Assembly: GCF_009834535.1 (NCBI RefSeq)
Contig: NC_045697.1
Span: 79,114,001-79,178,000 of the forward strand
Source of the DNA: Camelus ferus
Lineage: Eukaryota
Reading direction: 5' to 3'
Length of the DNA: 64,000 nucleotides
The translations under genes were made by a program, and so were the position numbers. Under the pieces are notes generated by a model, which made no database searches, was not told the DNA's origin, and saw nothing but the letters and a program-made list of their open reading frames with translations. Below are positions 27,453-40,283 of the stretch, piece by piece. Positions within the stretch are counted from its first letter, which is position 1. Every line of letters begins with the position of its first letter.

Positions 27453-27921
27453 TGCTGGATTAGTTACCTACTGTGGCATAACAAACTATCCCAAATCATA
27501 GTAATTTAAGAAGAAAGCATTTATTATCTCACAGTTTTCATAGGTCTGTAGTGGTCTGTCTCAGGAGCTCTCGTGAGGCTGCCGGAGCTGCACTCACCTG
27601 AAGGCCTTTATGGGACTGCAGAATCCATTTCTACACTAGTTCACCTACGTGGCTGCTGGCAGGAGGCCTCATTTCCTCAATGTACATAGAACTGCTTGAC
27701 ATATTCTCAAAACTCTCAGTGACCCAAGAGAGAGCATGGAGGAGGCCATGATGCCTTTTATGATCAGGTCTTAGAAGTCATACATCATCATTCCACCATA
27801 TTTTAATCATTAGAAGTGAGTCTCTAAGTCCAGCCAACTCTGAAAGAGAGAAAAATTAGGACCCACCTTTAGAAGAGAAGAATGGCAAAGAATTTGTGGA
27901 CATATTTTTAAACCTCCGCAA
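27453..27921 (-). mobile_element. MaLR LTR (MLT1)
   Basis: ttagttacctactgtggcataacaaactatcccaaa...ttattatctcacagttt...ggacatattttta. Confidence 0.75.
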
Positions 27922-29709
27922 ATCTCCCTGAGAGCAACTGATCATCAAGAGTATACAGTTAATGCACTGAAAATAAGCCTTATGTATTAATTAACTTGGC
28001 TCCAAACTTTACTTGGCTAATTTTAACTGTAAGTAGAAGTGATGAATGTCATACTCACACTGAGACAGTTAAGAACTGAGTTGCCTTTTCTGCCTTCTCT
28101 TTCCCTCCCAGGGCAACTTTGAATAGCGCATGTTCCAGTTGGTGGATCTACAAGGAGATAGCCCAATCATTGTTGAACTGTGTTGTGAATGAAAAGTAAA
28201 CATCTATTGTGTTAAGCCACTAAAATGTGGGGTTTAATTTTTTATCTAGCATAGCATAGTATTAAGTGACTAATTCATACTGCTAACGTTTTAAATATTT
28301 AAAAGTACAATTTTTATATCCTAAACAAATGTTTTTACTCTTGTTAGAAATCAAGATATTCTCTTTCAAGAATAAATAAAAACCAGTGACACTATAATAT
28401 TTAAATCCAGTCAGTGGATTTAAATTCAGATCTCATACTGAACCCCAGTTAACTGTGGTCTAATGGTAGACCCAGAGAAAAGCAGCCTCAGGTAAGGGAA
28501 ACTTTAGGGAAAATTTAATGATGGCAATTCCATCTCAGAAGAATCCAGAAATTAAGAGAAATGGTAAAAGAAGCTCATGACTCTATGTGGAATTCACGCT
28601 AAACTGGTATTTCTTAAAACTAAATCTAAGAATTAAATAATTCATGCAAGAAGGAAAAAATCAGTTAAATAGGCATATTCCTAATCTTTGGAGGCTAAAA
28701 TCTGGCATAAATAATGTTTTACATATGACAAGACCTAGGGTTAGTTACATAATAAATAATCTAAAAGTGAATTCCTAAATCCAATCATTATTATTTAGAA
28801 ATCTTGTCGCATGTCTTTTGGTGTAATAGAAGATAGTCAAAAAAGGGTGAAGAGGATGATGTCAAAAGAACAAGTGAAACAATTGGGAGTAATGAAAACC
28901 AACAACAAAGGAAAAGCAGGAAAGACTAATGAATTGATGGGAGAAAGAGGGAGCCAGTTTAATTTAAATAAAGAAAAAGTACTGATAATGAATTCAATCC
29001 TCAAAAAAAAAAACCCCAGTGAATCTGTTGTTTTATTTTTTGCCTGCAGGTGGCAGCTCCTGATAAATATATAAAGGCAATGTTTCTGAGTATTTCCGCA
29101 CTGTTCTGTAGGCAATTCTGAGAACTGAACCCAGACTCTCACTCAAAAAAAAAAAAAAAAAAAAAGCCAAAACTGTATTTCAGTTATTTCTTAATACCGG
29201 ACTAAAATAGGAATTTTTCAAAATAGTTTAATTCTAAGAAAAATATACAACAAATACCTTCCAGGGGTATAATAGAAACAAAATAACAAATATAGGTATA
29301 TTTCTTCCAGTAGAGCAATTCTCAGTTACTTCTTTAACTTCTTGGGGTTGTATCTTTTTTTGTTTTGTTCTTTTTGTAAATTTTGAGTTGTCAAAACTCA
29401 TTGGTATACTCTAGCCCAGAACATGAAAGGCCAGGATTGGGTAGATGGCACTATACTAACTGTATTAAAAGATGTTAAATATACACAAAGACTAATGTGT
29501 ATTTTTTCAAGGATACATATATCTCTAAATAAGTCCCAGGGGGGCATATTGAAAAGGCATATATTACATGTATTAATTCCAGTGTCCATGGAGGTGAGGG
29601 TATGGGATTGAGGACAGAAGATGAATGGAGAAAAAGAACATAGATTTAGATTTATCTGTTAAGTATTTCATGGTTTTTTTTTTTTTTTTTTTGCTTTGGT
29701 AAATAGTAT

Positions 29710-29893
29710 TTTTTTTTAGCTGTTGTTATTTATTTATTTATTTTAACTTTTTTATTGATTTATAATCATTTTACAATGTTGTGTCAAATTCCAGTGTTCA
29801 GCACAATTTTTCAGTCATTCATGGACATATACACACTCATTGTCACATTTTTTTCTCTCTGAGTTATCGTAACATTTTGTGTATATTTCCCTG
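29710..29893 (-). mobile_element. Young 5'-truncated lineage-specific L1 3' end inserted into an older L1
   Basis: T-rich tail, then tttttattgatttataatcattttacaatgttgtgtcaaattccagtg. TSD GGTAAATAGTAT at 29698-29709 and 29894-29905. Confidence 0.8.
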
Positions 29894-30800
29894 GGTAAAT
29901 AGTATGTTTTAACTTCAGTTTCCACTTGCTTGTTGTTAGTATATATAGAAATATGGTCCATTTTGGTATATTGATCTTATACCCTGAAATTTTACCAAAT
30001 TCATCTATTGACATTGAATTTTTTTGTAGATTCCTTGGGATATTTTATGAATATGATCATGTCCTCTTTTAATAAAGAAAAGAAATGCCTATTGTCAATC
30101 TGCATACCTATTTTTTTCTTTCTTTTTTAATTAATGGAGATGTCTATTTCACTGTCTAGGACCTCCAGTTTAATATAAATGGTGAGAGCTGACATCCTTG
30201 CTTAGTTCTTGATCTTAGCAAGAAAGTATTCACTCTTTCATCATTAAGCATGTTGATAGCTGTATTTTATTGAGTCCCTTTATCAGTTTGAGAAAGTTCT
30301 CTTCTTTTCTTGGTTCACTGAAAATTTATAACATGCATGGATGTTAAATTTTGTCAAATACTTTTTTCTGCATTTGTTGAGAGGATCATATGATTTTCCT
30401 TTTTTGATCTATTGATATGGTGAATTACACTGATAAATTAGTGAATATGAAACACACATTCCTGGGATAATCCAACTTTGGTTATGATATATAATCTTTT
30501 TACATTTTTTGGATTTTATTAGGTAATGTTCTTCTGAAGATATTTACATCTTTGTTTATGTGACATATTAGTCTGAAATTGTCTTTTCTTGAAATGTCTT
30601 TCTCTGATCTTGGAATCAGAGTAATGCCAGTCTCATAAAATCAGTTGGAAGTGTTCCTTTCTCTTCTATTTTCCAAAAGAGTTTGAGCAAAATTGGTATA
30701 TTTCTTCCTTAAATATTTGGTAGAATTTACCAGCGAACAATCTGAGCATAGAGTTTTCTTTGTAGGAAGGTTTTCAACTACAAATTCAATTTAGTCCAAT
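29894..30800 (-). mobile_element. Old L1 ORF2 fragment
   Basis: gacatccttgcttagttcttgatcttag, aaattttgtcaaatactttttctgc, ataaaatcagttggaagtgttcc. Confidence 0.85.
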
Positions 30801-33745
30801 CGGGGTGTTTGAATGTACTTATTTATATGATTGAATTTAAATCTACCAGCATGTTTTTTCTTTTTTTCCTTTCTCCTCAGCAATAGACAGTCATTGGTTA
30901 TTACTTGATGGATAGTTTATGGTGGACGGAGAGGGTTCTTATTTCTCCTGTCTAGGCTCACCCTTAGGTGTGGGCTTTCCCAGTTTTCCTGCCCCTCCCC
31001 ACACTAGGGAGTCTTGAGAGTCTTAGACTGGAGAGACTTTTTTGCCCTCCTTCAGCATTATACTGCTCAGTTCAAGACTCACGGTCCGGCAGAGTGGCTT
31101 CCTGTCCTTCTCACTGTGGCATTTGGCTTTTGCTTCCATCCCTTCCTCAGCAGAACTGTACATTTCCCTGGGCCCTGGGAGTAGAATGGTTTCCTGACCC
31201 CTCCCAGAGGTTTACAGCTTTTCCTCTGCATGTGACAGAAGTCTAGAAAGTGGACAGATTTTTACCAACAGGCATGCTCTCAGATCTCCTTGCCTGTATT
31301 CAGTCTTTCTTGTGAACACCAGGTAGAGATCGATGAAAAAGAAGTGACAAATGAATGACTCCCAAGTTCCCAAAGACCCTACAATGTCACAGTAGCCCAC
31401 ACTCAGACGTTAAGGATGTGTTACAACTTTTTAGCTGTGTTCCTTTTCCTGCTTTTATGATAACAACCTCTTCCTTCTGTGGTCTGCAGAAGATGAAACA
31501 GATTGTATGTGCCACGCTTTAGAATTTATCTGTTTGCCTTACAACCTCAGTTCTCTGATGGACTTGATAAGAGTTATGATTCTGTAGACTGTCTGGCGTT
31601 TTACATTGTTAAGGTGAAAGCAACACGTGTGTGTGTGTGGTGGGGAGATGTGCAAGGAGCTAGATGAAATGAGACTGACAAAATGTTGGTATTGTTAAAT
31701 CTGAGAGACAGAAGATGGAGATTAATATTCTTTTTTTTTCTAATGCCTATATATGTGTGAAAATTTTCCAGAATAAAAAGGTCTTCAATAATTGCCTGAA
31801 GATTAAAACATTTTAAAGATTAGGCTTCATATTCTAGAAATTGCTTTATAATTAATGTTTATTCTAAAAATAGAATGGTCTTTGATAAACTGTGTTTATA
31901 GAGGATCTCACTTCCGAAAGCAGAAGAATGTTAGAAGAGTGGTAAGGAATTTGATCTAATAATTAACTTCTAAGCTGTGATTATTGCATTTCCATCCCAT
32001 GACCTCTGCATTTAGCAATCTTCTTGTTTCCCAATGTTGTTAACTTCACTCAGTGTAGAGAAGTTAATTTTCTTGTTAACTGAACTCTGAGTCTTTTTAT
32101 TACCAGCTATTAAAGATACGTGTATAGATTTCAATACTGGGAGAAAGTATCCCAATGATGAAGAAATTTTATGAAATACTCCAGCCCTTCATAAAAAGAG
32201 TCACCTATTTCTTAAACCACTCTCTCTGGCTTCTTTTTCTATAGACAGCCCCATTGCTCCTCGATTGCCTTTCCATTCTCTAACGTTGACCACACATAAG
32301 GTGCATAGTATGTGTCCAGCACTGTGGCAGATATCTTTATACATATTACCTTCACATCACACAGATCCTCTTCCATTTCCACAACTTTTCTTATTGACTT
32401 CGTCTGCTGCTCTGTCCTGACTCTCAGCTCTAGCGTCTCTAGGTCTGACCTTTGTCCACAGGCCTAGGGCCACACTTCCTATAGATTTCTAAACTTCTTT
32501 GTATTTTCCTCACTTGCCCCTCAAACTTAATATGCCTGACATAGAAATAAGTCTGCCATTCGAGTTGCCATTTTACATCATGCCAGAAAACATGTGCTAA
32601 AAATTACCACAGAAGGTATTACAACATATTTCAAGTCACTCTAAATATTGAAAAAATTCTGTATACCTCAAACCCTATAAAGTTGTATATTTTTAATGAA
32701 GTGACATTCCTTACCTATGTCATTGACCACGCTAAAAGGGGAAAAAACTCTTACCTTTTGGCAAAACAGCTGATGAATTTATCACAAATATATTAAGTAC
32801 CCACTTCAAGCTGAAAATATGAAAATGTAGTCCCTAAAAAAGGATGGACTCCCAACAATTTGGGGAAAGAGATTAATAAAAATTATTCTCTGAACAAACT
32901 TTCACAATGTTAGAGTGTTCCCCAAAATTAAATTGCTCCTTAATTCTATCAAAGAGAATAAATATAAAGATAACTTAGGGTACTTTTTATTATTGTCTAT
33001 AATGGTATTATGCTATGTAACTAAAGAGTAATGATCATTATAGGGTCTAAAATTAGAGAGTCAAAGAGCAATGATTTGTCAATATTTATCCACTTCATCC
33101 ATAGCACAAGGTATCCTAATTGAACAATTCAACCATTTGGGTCAGATTTACTATGTCTTTATACAATAGTAAGAAGCTATTCTAGTTTGATGAAAACTTT
33201 CCACAGGACCACCCAGCCATTTCTGTTTTTTGCTGTACCAAGTGGGTCTTATTGGGAAAAAATGCACCAAAAAACCAACTTGTCAATGACTGAAAAGTTG
33301 AATTTCTGTGCCTCAAAGCTGAGACCTGAGCCCTTAACCAGAGGTGACTGCCCCATTTATAACACAGCCCTATGGCTGAACAAGCAGAATCTAGTTTTCC
33401 ATTTCCCTACCACCACATCTTACAGTCATTTTCATTTGTGTAAAATTCTGCCTGGAATGACCTAATGAAGTTTTCCAATTTTCATTATAGGCCTAGGATT
33501 CTGCTCTTCATTCAAATAGTAAATGCATTTGCTTTCACCTGAAATACTTGAATGAATCTTGTATAAAATTTATTTTAAGAAAAACTATCAATGTCTTATT
33601 GAAATACTTGGAAGAATCTGTAAAATGAGAGAAAAAAATCCATAATTTTGTTATTTTAATACAGCTATTATCATTTTTTTGGTTTTCTGGTCAAAATATT
33701 TTACAAAAGAGTGACATCAGTTGAAAACTCAGTAACATATGTATA

Positions 33746-34040
33746 CAGTGGTAAATTTTTCAGTAAAAGGCCAGACAATAAATATTTCAGGCTTTGCAGG
33801 CCACACAGTCTGATGGACTATATTTGACTCCGCTTCTGTAGCACAAAAGCAACCATAAACAATATGAAAATGAGTGTGGCTCTGCTCCAATAAAACTATG
33901 AACATTGAAATCTGAATTTCATATAATTTTCATGTATCACAAAATATTACTCTACTTTTGATTTTTTTTTCAGCAATTAAAAATGTGAAATACAGTCTTG
34001 GGTTGTGGGCCATACATAAGTGAGTAGCAGGTTGGATACT
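33746..34040. mobile_element. hAT-Charlie MER58B-like
   Basis: gtaaaaggccagacaataaatatttcaggctttgcaggccac...gaaatctgaatttcatataattttcatg. Confidence 0.75.
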
Positions 34041-34069
34041 GATGGGTCATAGAGGACCAGCGATGTTTA

Positions 34070-34800
34070 GGACCTTATTTCCAGGTCTGATCTATGTCCT
34101 GAGCTCCACAGCCACATTTTTAGTTTTTTTCTGTTCATCTTCATCTGAACATCCCATCAGCATTCAAACCAAAACAATTTAAAACTTAACTCAGAACGTA
34201 TACCTCATCTAAACTGTCTGCTTGTCTGAAATCTCCTATTTCTGTTCATGGAATACTGTCTTCCAGTCATCCAGACCTGAAATTTAAAAATCATTCACTA
34301 TCCTTGTCAAGTCCTGTCCTATCTCAAATAGGCTTTCAATTTGCAATTCCTACGCCCAGCATCTGGGTTCAGGCCTTCATCCATTATTTATCTTACATTG
34401 TTGTTACAGCACTATAATTGGTTTCCATGACACTGGTATCCTGTACTCCAATGTACCTAATATATTGCTGTCAGAATAAGCTTCCTGAAGTGCTGCTCTA
34501 ATTAGGTCACTACAGAACACTATTTTAAAACTCTGTGTAACTCTGTTCCTTTCCAAATTAAATACAAACTCTTCAACTAGCTTTCAAGGCCATCCAAAAC
34601 ATTATCCCAAATCTTTCTGGTCTTGCTTCACTCTAAATCTTTGTTCATTCAATCAAAAAATGTGAAAGAACACCTATTAAGTACCAATGCACTGTGCTAC
34701 ACACACAACGGTATACAGTGATGAGCAAAAGTCACATGACCTCTGTCGTCATAGTTTCCAGCGTAGTTGTGGAAAAAGACATTAGTCTAACAATCATATA
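34070..34800. mobile_element. L2 fragments (both orientations)
   Basis: catcttcatctgaacatcccatcagcattcaaacc; ttcattcaatcaaaaaatg...cacctattaagtacc. Confidence 0.6.
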
Positions 34801-35569
34801 AAAGTTGCAAGAATTAAACTGTCATGCAAGAATTTGAAGCAATATTTTCAAAGTCATGAAAGAATAGAATTTTCTTCTAGAATTTTATATAAAACTAAGA
34901 TATTACCTACGTGCGTAGCTGAAATAATGATTCTTTCATGCATATAAGGCATCAGAACATTCATCACATAAAGACCACCTTTGAAAACATTTCTAGAAGT
35001 GCTCCAGCTATTAAAAAAAAAAAAAAAACCTCTGGAGGCTTTGAGGTCTATGGGAAGTAGGTCTACTTAAAACTTTGAGAGGCTTGATTATGGTGATATT
35101 TTACAGCTGTATACATATGTCAAAGCTTATAAAATTATACTTTAAATATATGCAGCTTATGTATGTCAATTATACCTCAATAAAGCTGGAAAACAATTGA
35201 TAGGAAAATATTTGTAAATGTATATGTACAGTTTAAAGTAAAAGAACGAAAGAAAAGAAGAATAAAGACCTGTATAGCCAATATCTAGGCTATTTTTTTA
35301 ATCCATAAATAAATGTAAAATTGTGACTGTGACTAGTGCTATGAAAAAAGGTACAAAGAGCCTAGAATGAAGGTTTTTGGCTTAGTCTGGAAAGTTAGGG
35401 GAAGCCTTCCCTGAAAAAGTGATGCTTAATCTGAGAATGAATAGTCAACTAACTAAAAGCCAACATTTATAATGTTGGTGCCAAGTACTATGTTATGTGT
35501 TTTATATGTGTTATTAACCCATTTAATCCTCACAACATTGCATTAAGTTGGTTCTTTTATTACCCCTTA

Positions 35570-36360
35570 TGATATTATGATTTATAATGTGAAAGATATA
35601 TTTGGTCTTCTATCCCATTGCAGGCACTGAGCTCCTAAAATCCTTAGTTACCTATGTGATGAGAGCAAGAAAGGTTTTTTTTCTTAATGTGAATGAGGTG
35701 ACTTTTGGAAGGACCCATGGATGTGGGCTGGTTGCCTGTAGAATGAACCATATAATTAAAGGGTTATAACTTTTAGTCTCACTCCCCAACCTCCAGGGAA
35801 GGAAAAGGGGCTGGAGATTGAGATCAATTACTATTGCCGGTGATTTAATTAATTATGCCTCCATAAAAACCCAAAAGGACTGAGTTCTACGAGCTTCTGG
35901 CTGGTGATCATGTGGCAGTGCTGGAAGAGTGACAAGCCTGGAGAGAGCCTGGATGCTCTGCCCCTTTTCCCATATCTCGCCGTATGCTGTTCCTAAGTTA
36001 TACCCATTCATAAGGAACTGGTGATCTAGTAAATAACATGTTTCTCTGACTTCTGTGAGCCACTGCAAATTAATCAAACTGGAAGAAGAGGTTATGGGAA
36101 CCTTAAATATACAGCCAATTGGTCAGAAGCACAGGTAACAACCTGGGCTTGTGATTAGATTCAGATGTGAAGTGGGAGAGTTTGAGGAGTCTTGTGGAAC
36201 TGAGCCCTTGACTTGTGGAATCTGACGCTATCTCCGAGTAGACAGAGTCGGAATTGAGTTGAACTGCAGAATACCCAGCTTGTGTCAGAGCATTGCTTGC
36301 TGGAGGTGTGGAGATAACCCCTCCACCCCCAACTTAGAATTGGTGCTCTGAACTAAAAAG
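35570..36360. mobile_element. MER21-like LTR inserted into a MIR that lies within an L2 (L2 about 35300-36880)
   Basis: tgatattatgatttataatg...atatttggtcttc...gagctcctaaaatcctt. MIR halves at 35470-35569 and 36365-36500. Confidence 0.8.
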
Positions 36361-39300
36361 ACCTCCCATTTTACAAACAGGGAAACTGAGTTACAGAACA
36401 GTTAAGTGTCTTGCCTGAGGTCACACAGCTAACAAATAGTAGAACTGGGGTTACAAACCAAAGTAACCTGGTTCAAGAGTCCACACCTTTAACTATGGAA
36501 TTAATAAATGAAGAGGGAGGAGAAAGAATTACAAGCAGATGAAACAATACATGAAAATATCCTGTGGGCTTGCTGAGTGTGAGGGACTCCAAGCAGGCCA
36601 GAGTGGCTAGGGCAGAGAGGGGAAAGAAACATGAAGACGCTCCTGAGAGGAAGTAGAGGCCCATCATGCAGAACCTTCTAAACCAGGTTTCAGAATGTTG
36701 TCTTTATCCTTAGAATGATGGAATGCCACTTAAGTATTTTAAGTAGGAACTAATAGGAATCTTGAAGATATTATTCTGGTTTCAATGTGGAAAAGAGATT
36801 AGAAAGAGGGCTAGAGAGGATGAGAATAAACTAGTTATTGCAGTTGTAAACATGAGATATGTTGGTTGTTGGACTACAATAAAATTCAGCTTGAAGAAAG
36901 GCAAGTTGGAAATAAACGTCTTACTGCATAACTCAGAAGTCTTTTCCTCAACTTTGTAATAATTAGAGGCAGACTGACATTGGGAGAAATGGATCTGCAC
37001 TGAAACTCTCAAGGTGAGGGTAGACATAAAATTCCAGAGTTCTGGTACAAGGAAGCCCAGAGGAGACTGCTAGGGTGTCCTGCCCACTCCAATCAGAACT
37101 TTTTAAATAGTCCGCCTATGCAGAAGAGCAGCTTTCTCTTACAGGGAAAGTCCTAGAAGAACACAGAATATAATCCGTAGTGAATAAACATTTTTCAATG
37201 TGTGCCAAGTGAAATTTTATTATGCACTTGGTCTAAGTACTTTCCATAAAAATTCATCTCCAATCATATAATGGAAATCAATGGGAAAATGAATTCCTAC
37301 AACATTTAACTTGGAAGACATATTAGATATTATGTAGCCACATTCTTTATTACAAATGAGGAAACTCATCCAAGCAGTGTATTAACAAAGTTAATATATT
37401 ATTTAATGAACAACAAAATAACTTGAAAAGTACCTAGCAGAACATGGCACATATTAGTCACTCAATAAGTAGTATTTAGTAGTATTATGTTTAATATTAC
37501 TATTTTTGATAAATACTATGTTAACAATAAGAATTCAATTGATGTTGGTTCAGTGAGTTCTATGGGTCAGATATTGGTCTAGGCTTGGAATATAAAAATA
37601 ACTAAAACACAATCCTTATTTTCAGCTTGAGGTGTTCACATCCTACTGGATGATCAGATAAAATAAATAAAAGCCTAGATTACAATGTGGAGGATAATTG
37701 CAACATGGTAAGTATTAAAGCATTATTTTAAAAGTTTTATCGGAATTGAAGCCTTATTACTCACAGACCCCATGCTCCTTCCACACACTTTGTCTATTCA
37801 TATAACCCAATACACATGCACATCTACAAACTCAGTCAGATTTTTTTTAAAATACATCCATATTCCAAATTAGAGAGGTACAAAATTGAAAGTGAAATGG
37901 GTTTTATTATAGGGATTTTCACAGCATGAACACTGTGAAAATCAGTATTCAAAGCTTAAAACTTTTGTGGTCCAAAATTCAACAAAATGGCATATGCCTC
38001 ATAGGTTCTCCCTTTTGCTTTAAGAACTATCTGAAGCCCAAAGGGAAAATATAACCAGATACTAGGCTATAAACCTAAATTCTATTTGAATTTTTATGAT
38101 TAACTGTGATAGTCCATGTTTATAAGGATTATTTTTGTTTAGATTAAGATCCCAGAATCTTTGCAGTAAGCATAGTGTTAAATACATTAAACTTGAGATT
38201 ATTTTCTGACATAAGTGGTAAGGACATTTCTTTTCTGCTTAACATCCTTTCTTTTGGATTCATATGGAAGTTTATCCATTCCATAGTAATATTTTCAGGC
38301 CATGTAAATCAGGTAGGCCTGTCATGACTCAAACAAAACCAATCAAAATACCCAAGATCATCAGAGATCTCATATCTGGTCACTAGCAGGAAGTGTGATG
38401 TTCTCTTTTTCTGTAAAAATGATTTGTAAAATGGAGTAGGTCTGGAGCCAACAACAGGCATCTTTCCATTATAATATTCTCTTTCCGAGACAGGTCAGGC
38501 AAAGATGGGCAATCTGAGTTGTGGAGATAGAGTCCTAAAGACATCATTTCAACTTTGTATCAGCTGTGTCTTAAAGCTCTAGTTCCTCCCACTGAAACTT
38601 CCACATATGTGAACCAAAAAAATACGTTTTCTACTTAAGTTTGTATGAGTTGAGTTTCTGTTGTTTGCAACCAAAAGGTCCTGATCTCTACATACTAGTG
38701 GTACATAACATTTACTGCTATTATTACTCAACAATTATTCAGCACCAGCAATACATCGTACAAAGTATTGTACCATACAAAACAGGTTTAGCATCACAAT
38801 TTTCCTATCATCTAGGAGCTTATCATCTAAATTAGGTCATGAACATGAGAAGGATTTTCATATGCCAGGAAAGAAGGTGAGGTAAATAGAAAAGAGAAAT
38901 TGTGATACTACATTGATCTCTCTGATGTGCTTTTCCTTATATCTTGTCCTTACCCATTCAGAGGACAATCTGCAGTAATTTTACCAGATTTCATCAAGAG
39001 AAGGTAGAATAACGTTCAACAGGAAGATAACTCAATTGCCATATGCTCATAAAACGAGAATACAACAGCAATCCAGAAATCAAGAAATGCAATCAAGAAA
39101 TGAACCACAGCTCCACACATCACATTGATGAATCTCAAACACAATGTTGAGTGACAAAGCAATTTCAGAATACTATAAAAATATAAATCCTCAACAATGT
39201 GCTACTAGGAATATATAGAGAGAGTAGAACTATAATGAAAAGTGAAGAAATGATAGAAATAAACATTCAGCATAGTAGTAACCCTTGGTAGGAAAGGAGA

Positions 39301-39385
39301 GGCATGTGATTGGAGAGGGACAGAGGGTTCTCAGAGGCATGGTTAATGATGTTCTATTGCTTAATCCAGGGTGAGAGCATATCGG

Positions 39386-39900
39386 TGTATTGGTTTCTAT
39401 TGCTGCTATAACAAATTACCACAAACTTAATAGATTAAAACAATAAAAATGTTTAAACAATAAAAATCTTACAGTTCTAAAGTTCAGAAGTCTGAAACGA
39501 GTCTTATGGGCATAAACGAAAGTGTTGGCAGACCTGAGAGCTTTCTGGAGAATCTAGAAGGGAATACATTCTTGGGCTCTTCCAGTGTTGGAGGCCCCTG
39601 CATTCCTTGATCTCTGGCCACACTGCTCCAACCTCTGCTTCTGTCAGCACATCTCTTTCTCTGATTCTGACCTTCCTACCTCCCTCTTATAAGGGACACT
39701 TGTGATTACACTGAGCCTACACAGATAATAGGATATTATTATCTATTATAGGATAATCTCCCTATCTCAAGACATTTAACTTAATCACATCTGCAAAGCC
39801 CCTTTTGCCATAGAAGGTAAAATATTCACACGCTCCAGGGATTAGGGCATTTTGGTGGGGAGCGGGAGTTGGGTGGGGATGATTATTCCCAACCAACACA
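39386..39900 (-). mobile_element. MaLR LTR (MLT1C/D-like)
   Basis: tgtattggtttctattgctgctataacaaattaccacaaacttaa...aatcacatctgcaaagccccttttgcca. Confidence 0.85.
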
Positions 39901-39954
39901 ATGAGTGTTTGTTATATTTATTATGTCTTATTCATACATTATATATATTCATAG

Positions 39955-40283
39955 TGGATGCTGTGGTGCACAACTCAGGTTTCTGTTCCAGCCTTCAGCA
40001 CTCATTCCCCTAGTTTTTGGGGAAAATGGCAGCTGATAGCGCTCAGCTGAGTTTCTCTCTAGGAGCTGCCCTTAACCAAAGAGAGTCACCTCACTCACGG
40101 TCTTCCCCTTCTCCAGAAGCAGCACATACAAAAGTATAAAAGCCTGGCCTCCAAGAGCTGCTCAACAACTCCCTCTACCCAGTCTTTTCTTCCCTCCCCT
40201 TATAGGTATTGATCCAAGAACATACTCCAGTAAACTCCCTGGGCATAAACCGCCCTCTCAGAGTGTGTTTCCTGATCTAAGAT
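39955..40283 (+). mobile_element. ERVL LTR16-like
   Basis: gcagctgatagcgctcagctgag...ggtattgatccaagaacatactccagtaaactccctg...ctctcagagtgtgtttcc. Confidence 0.6.
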
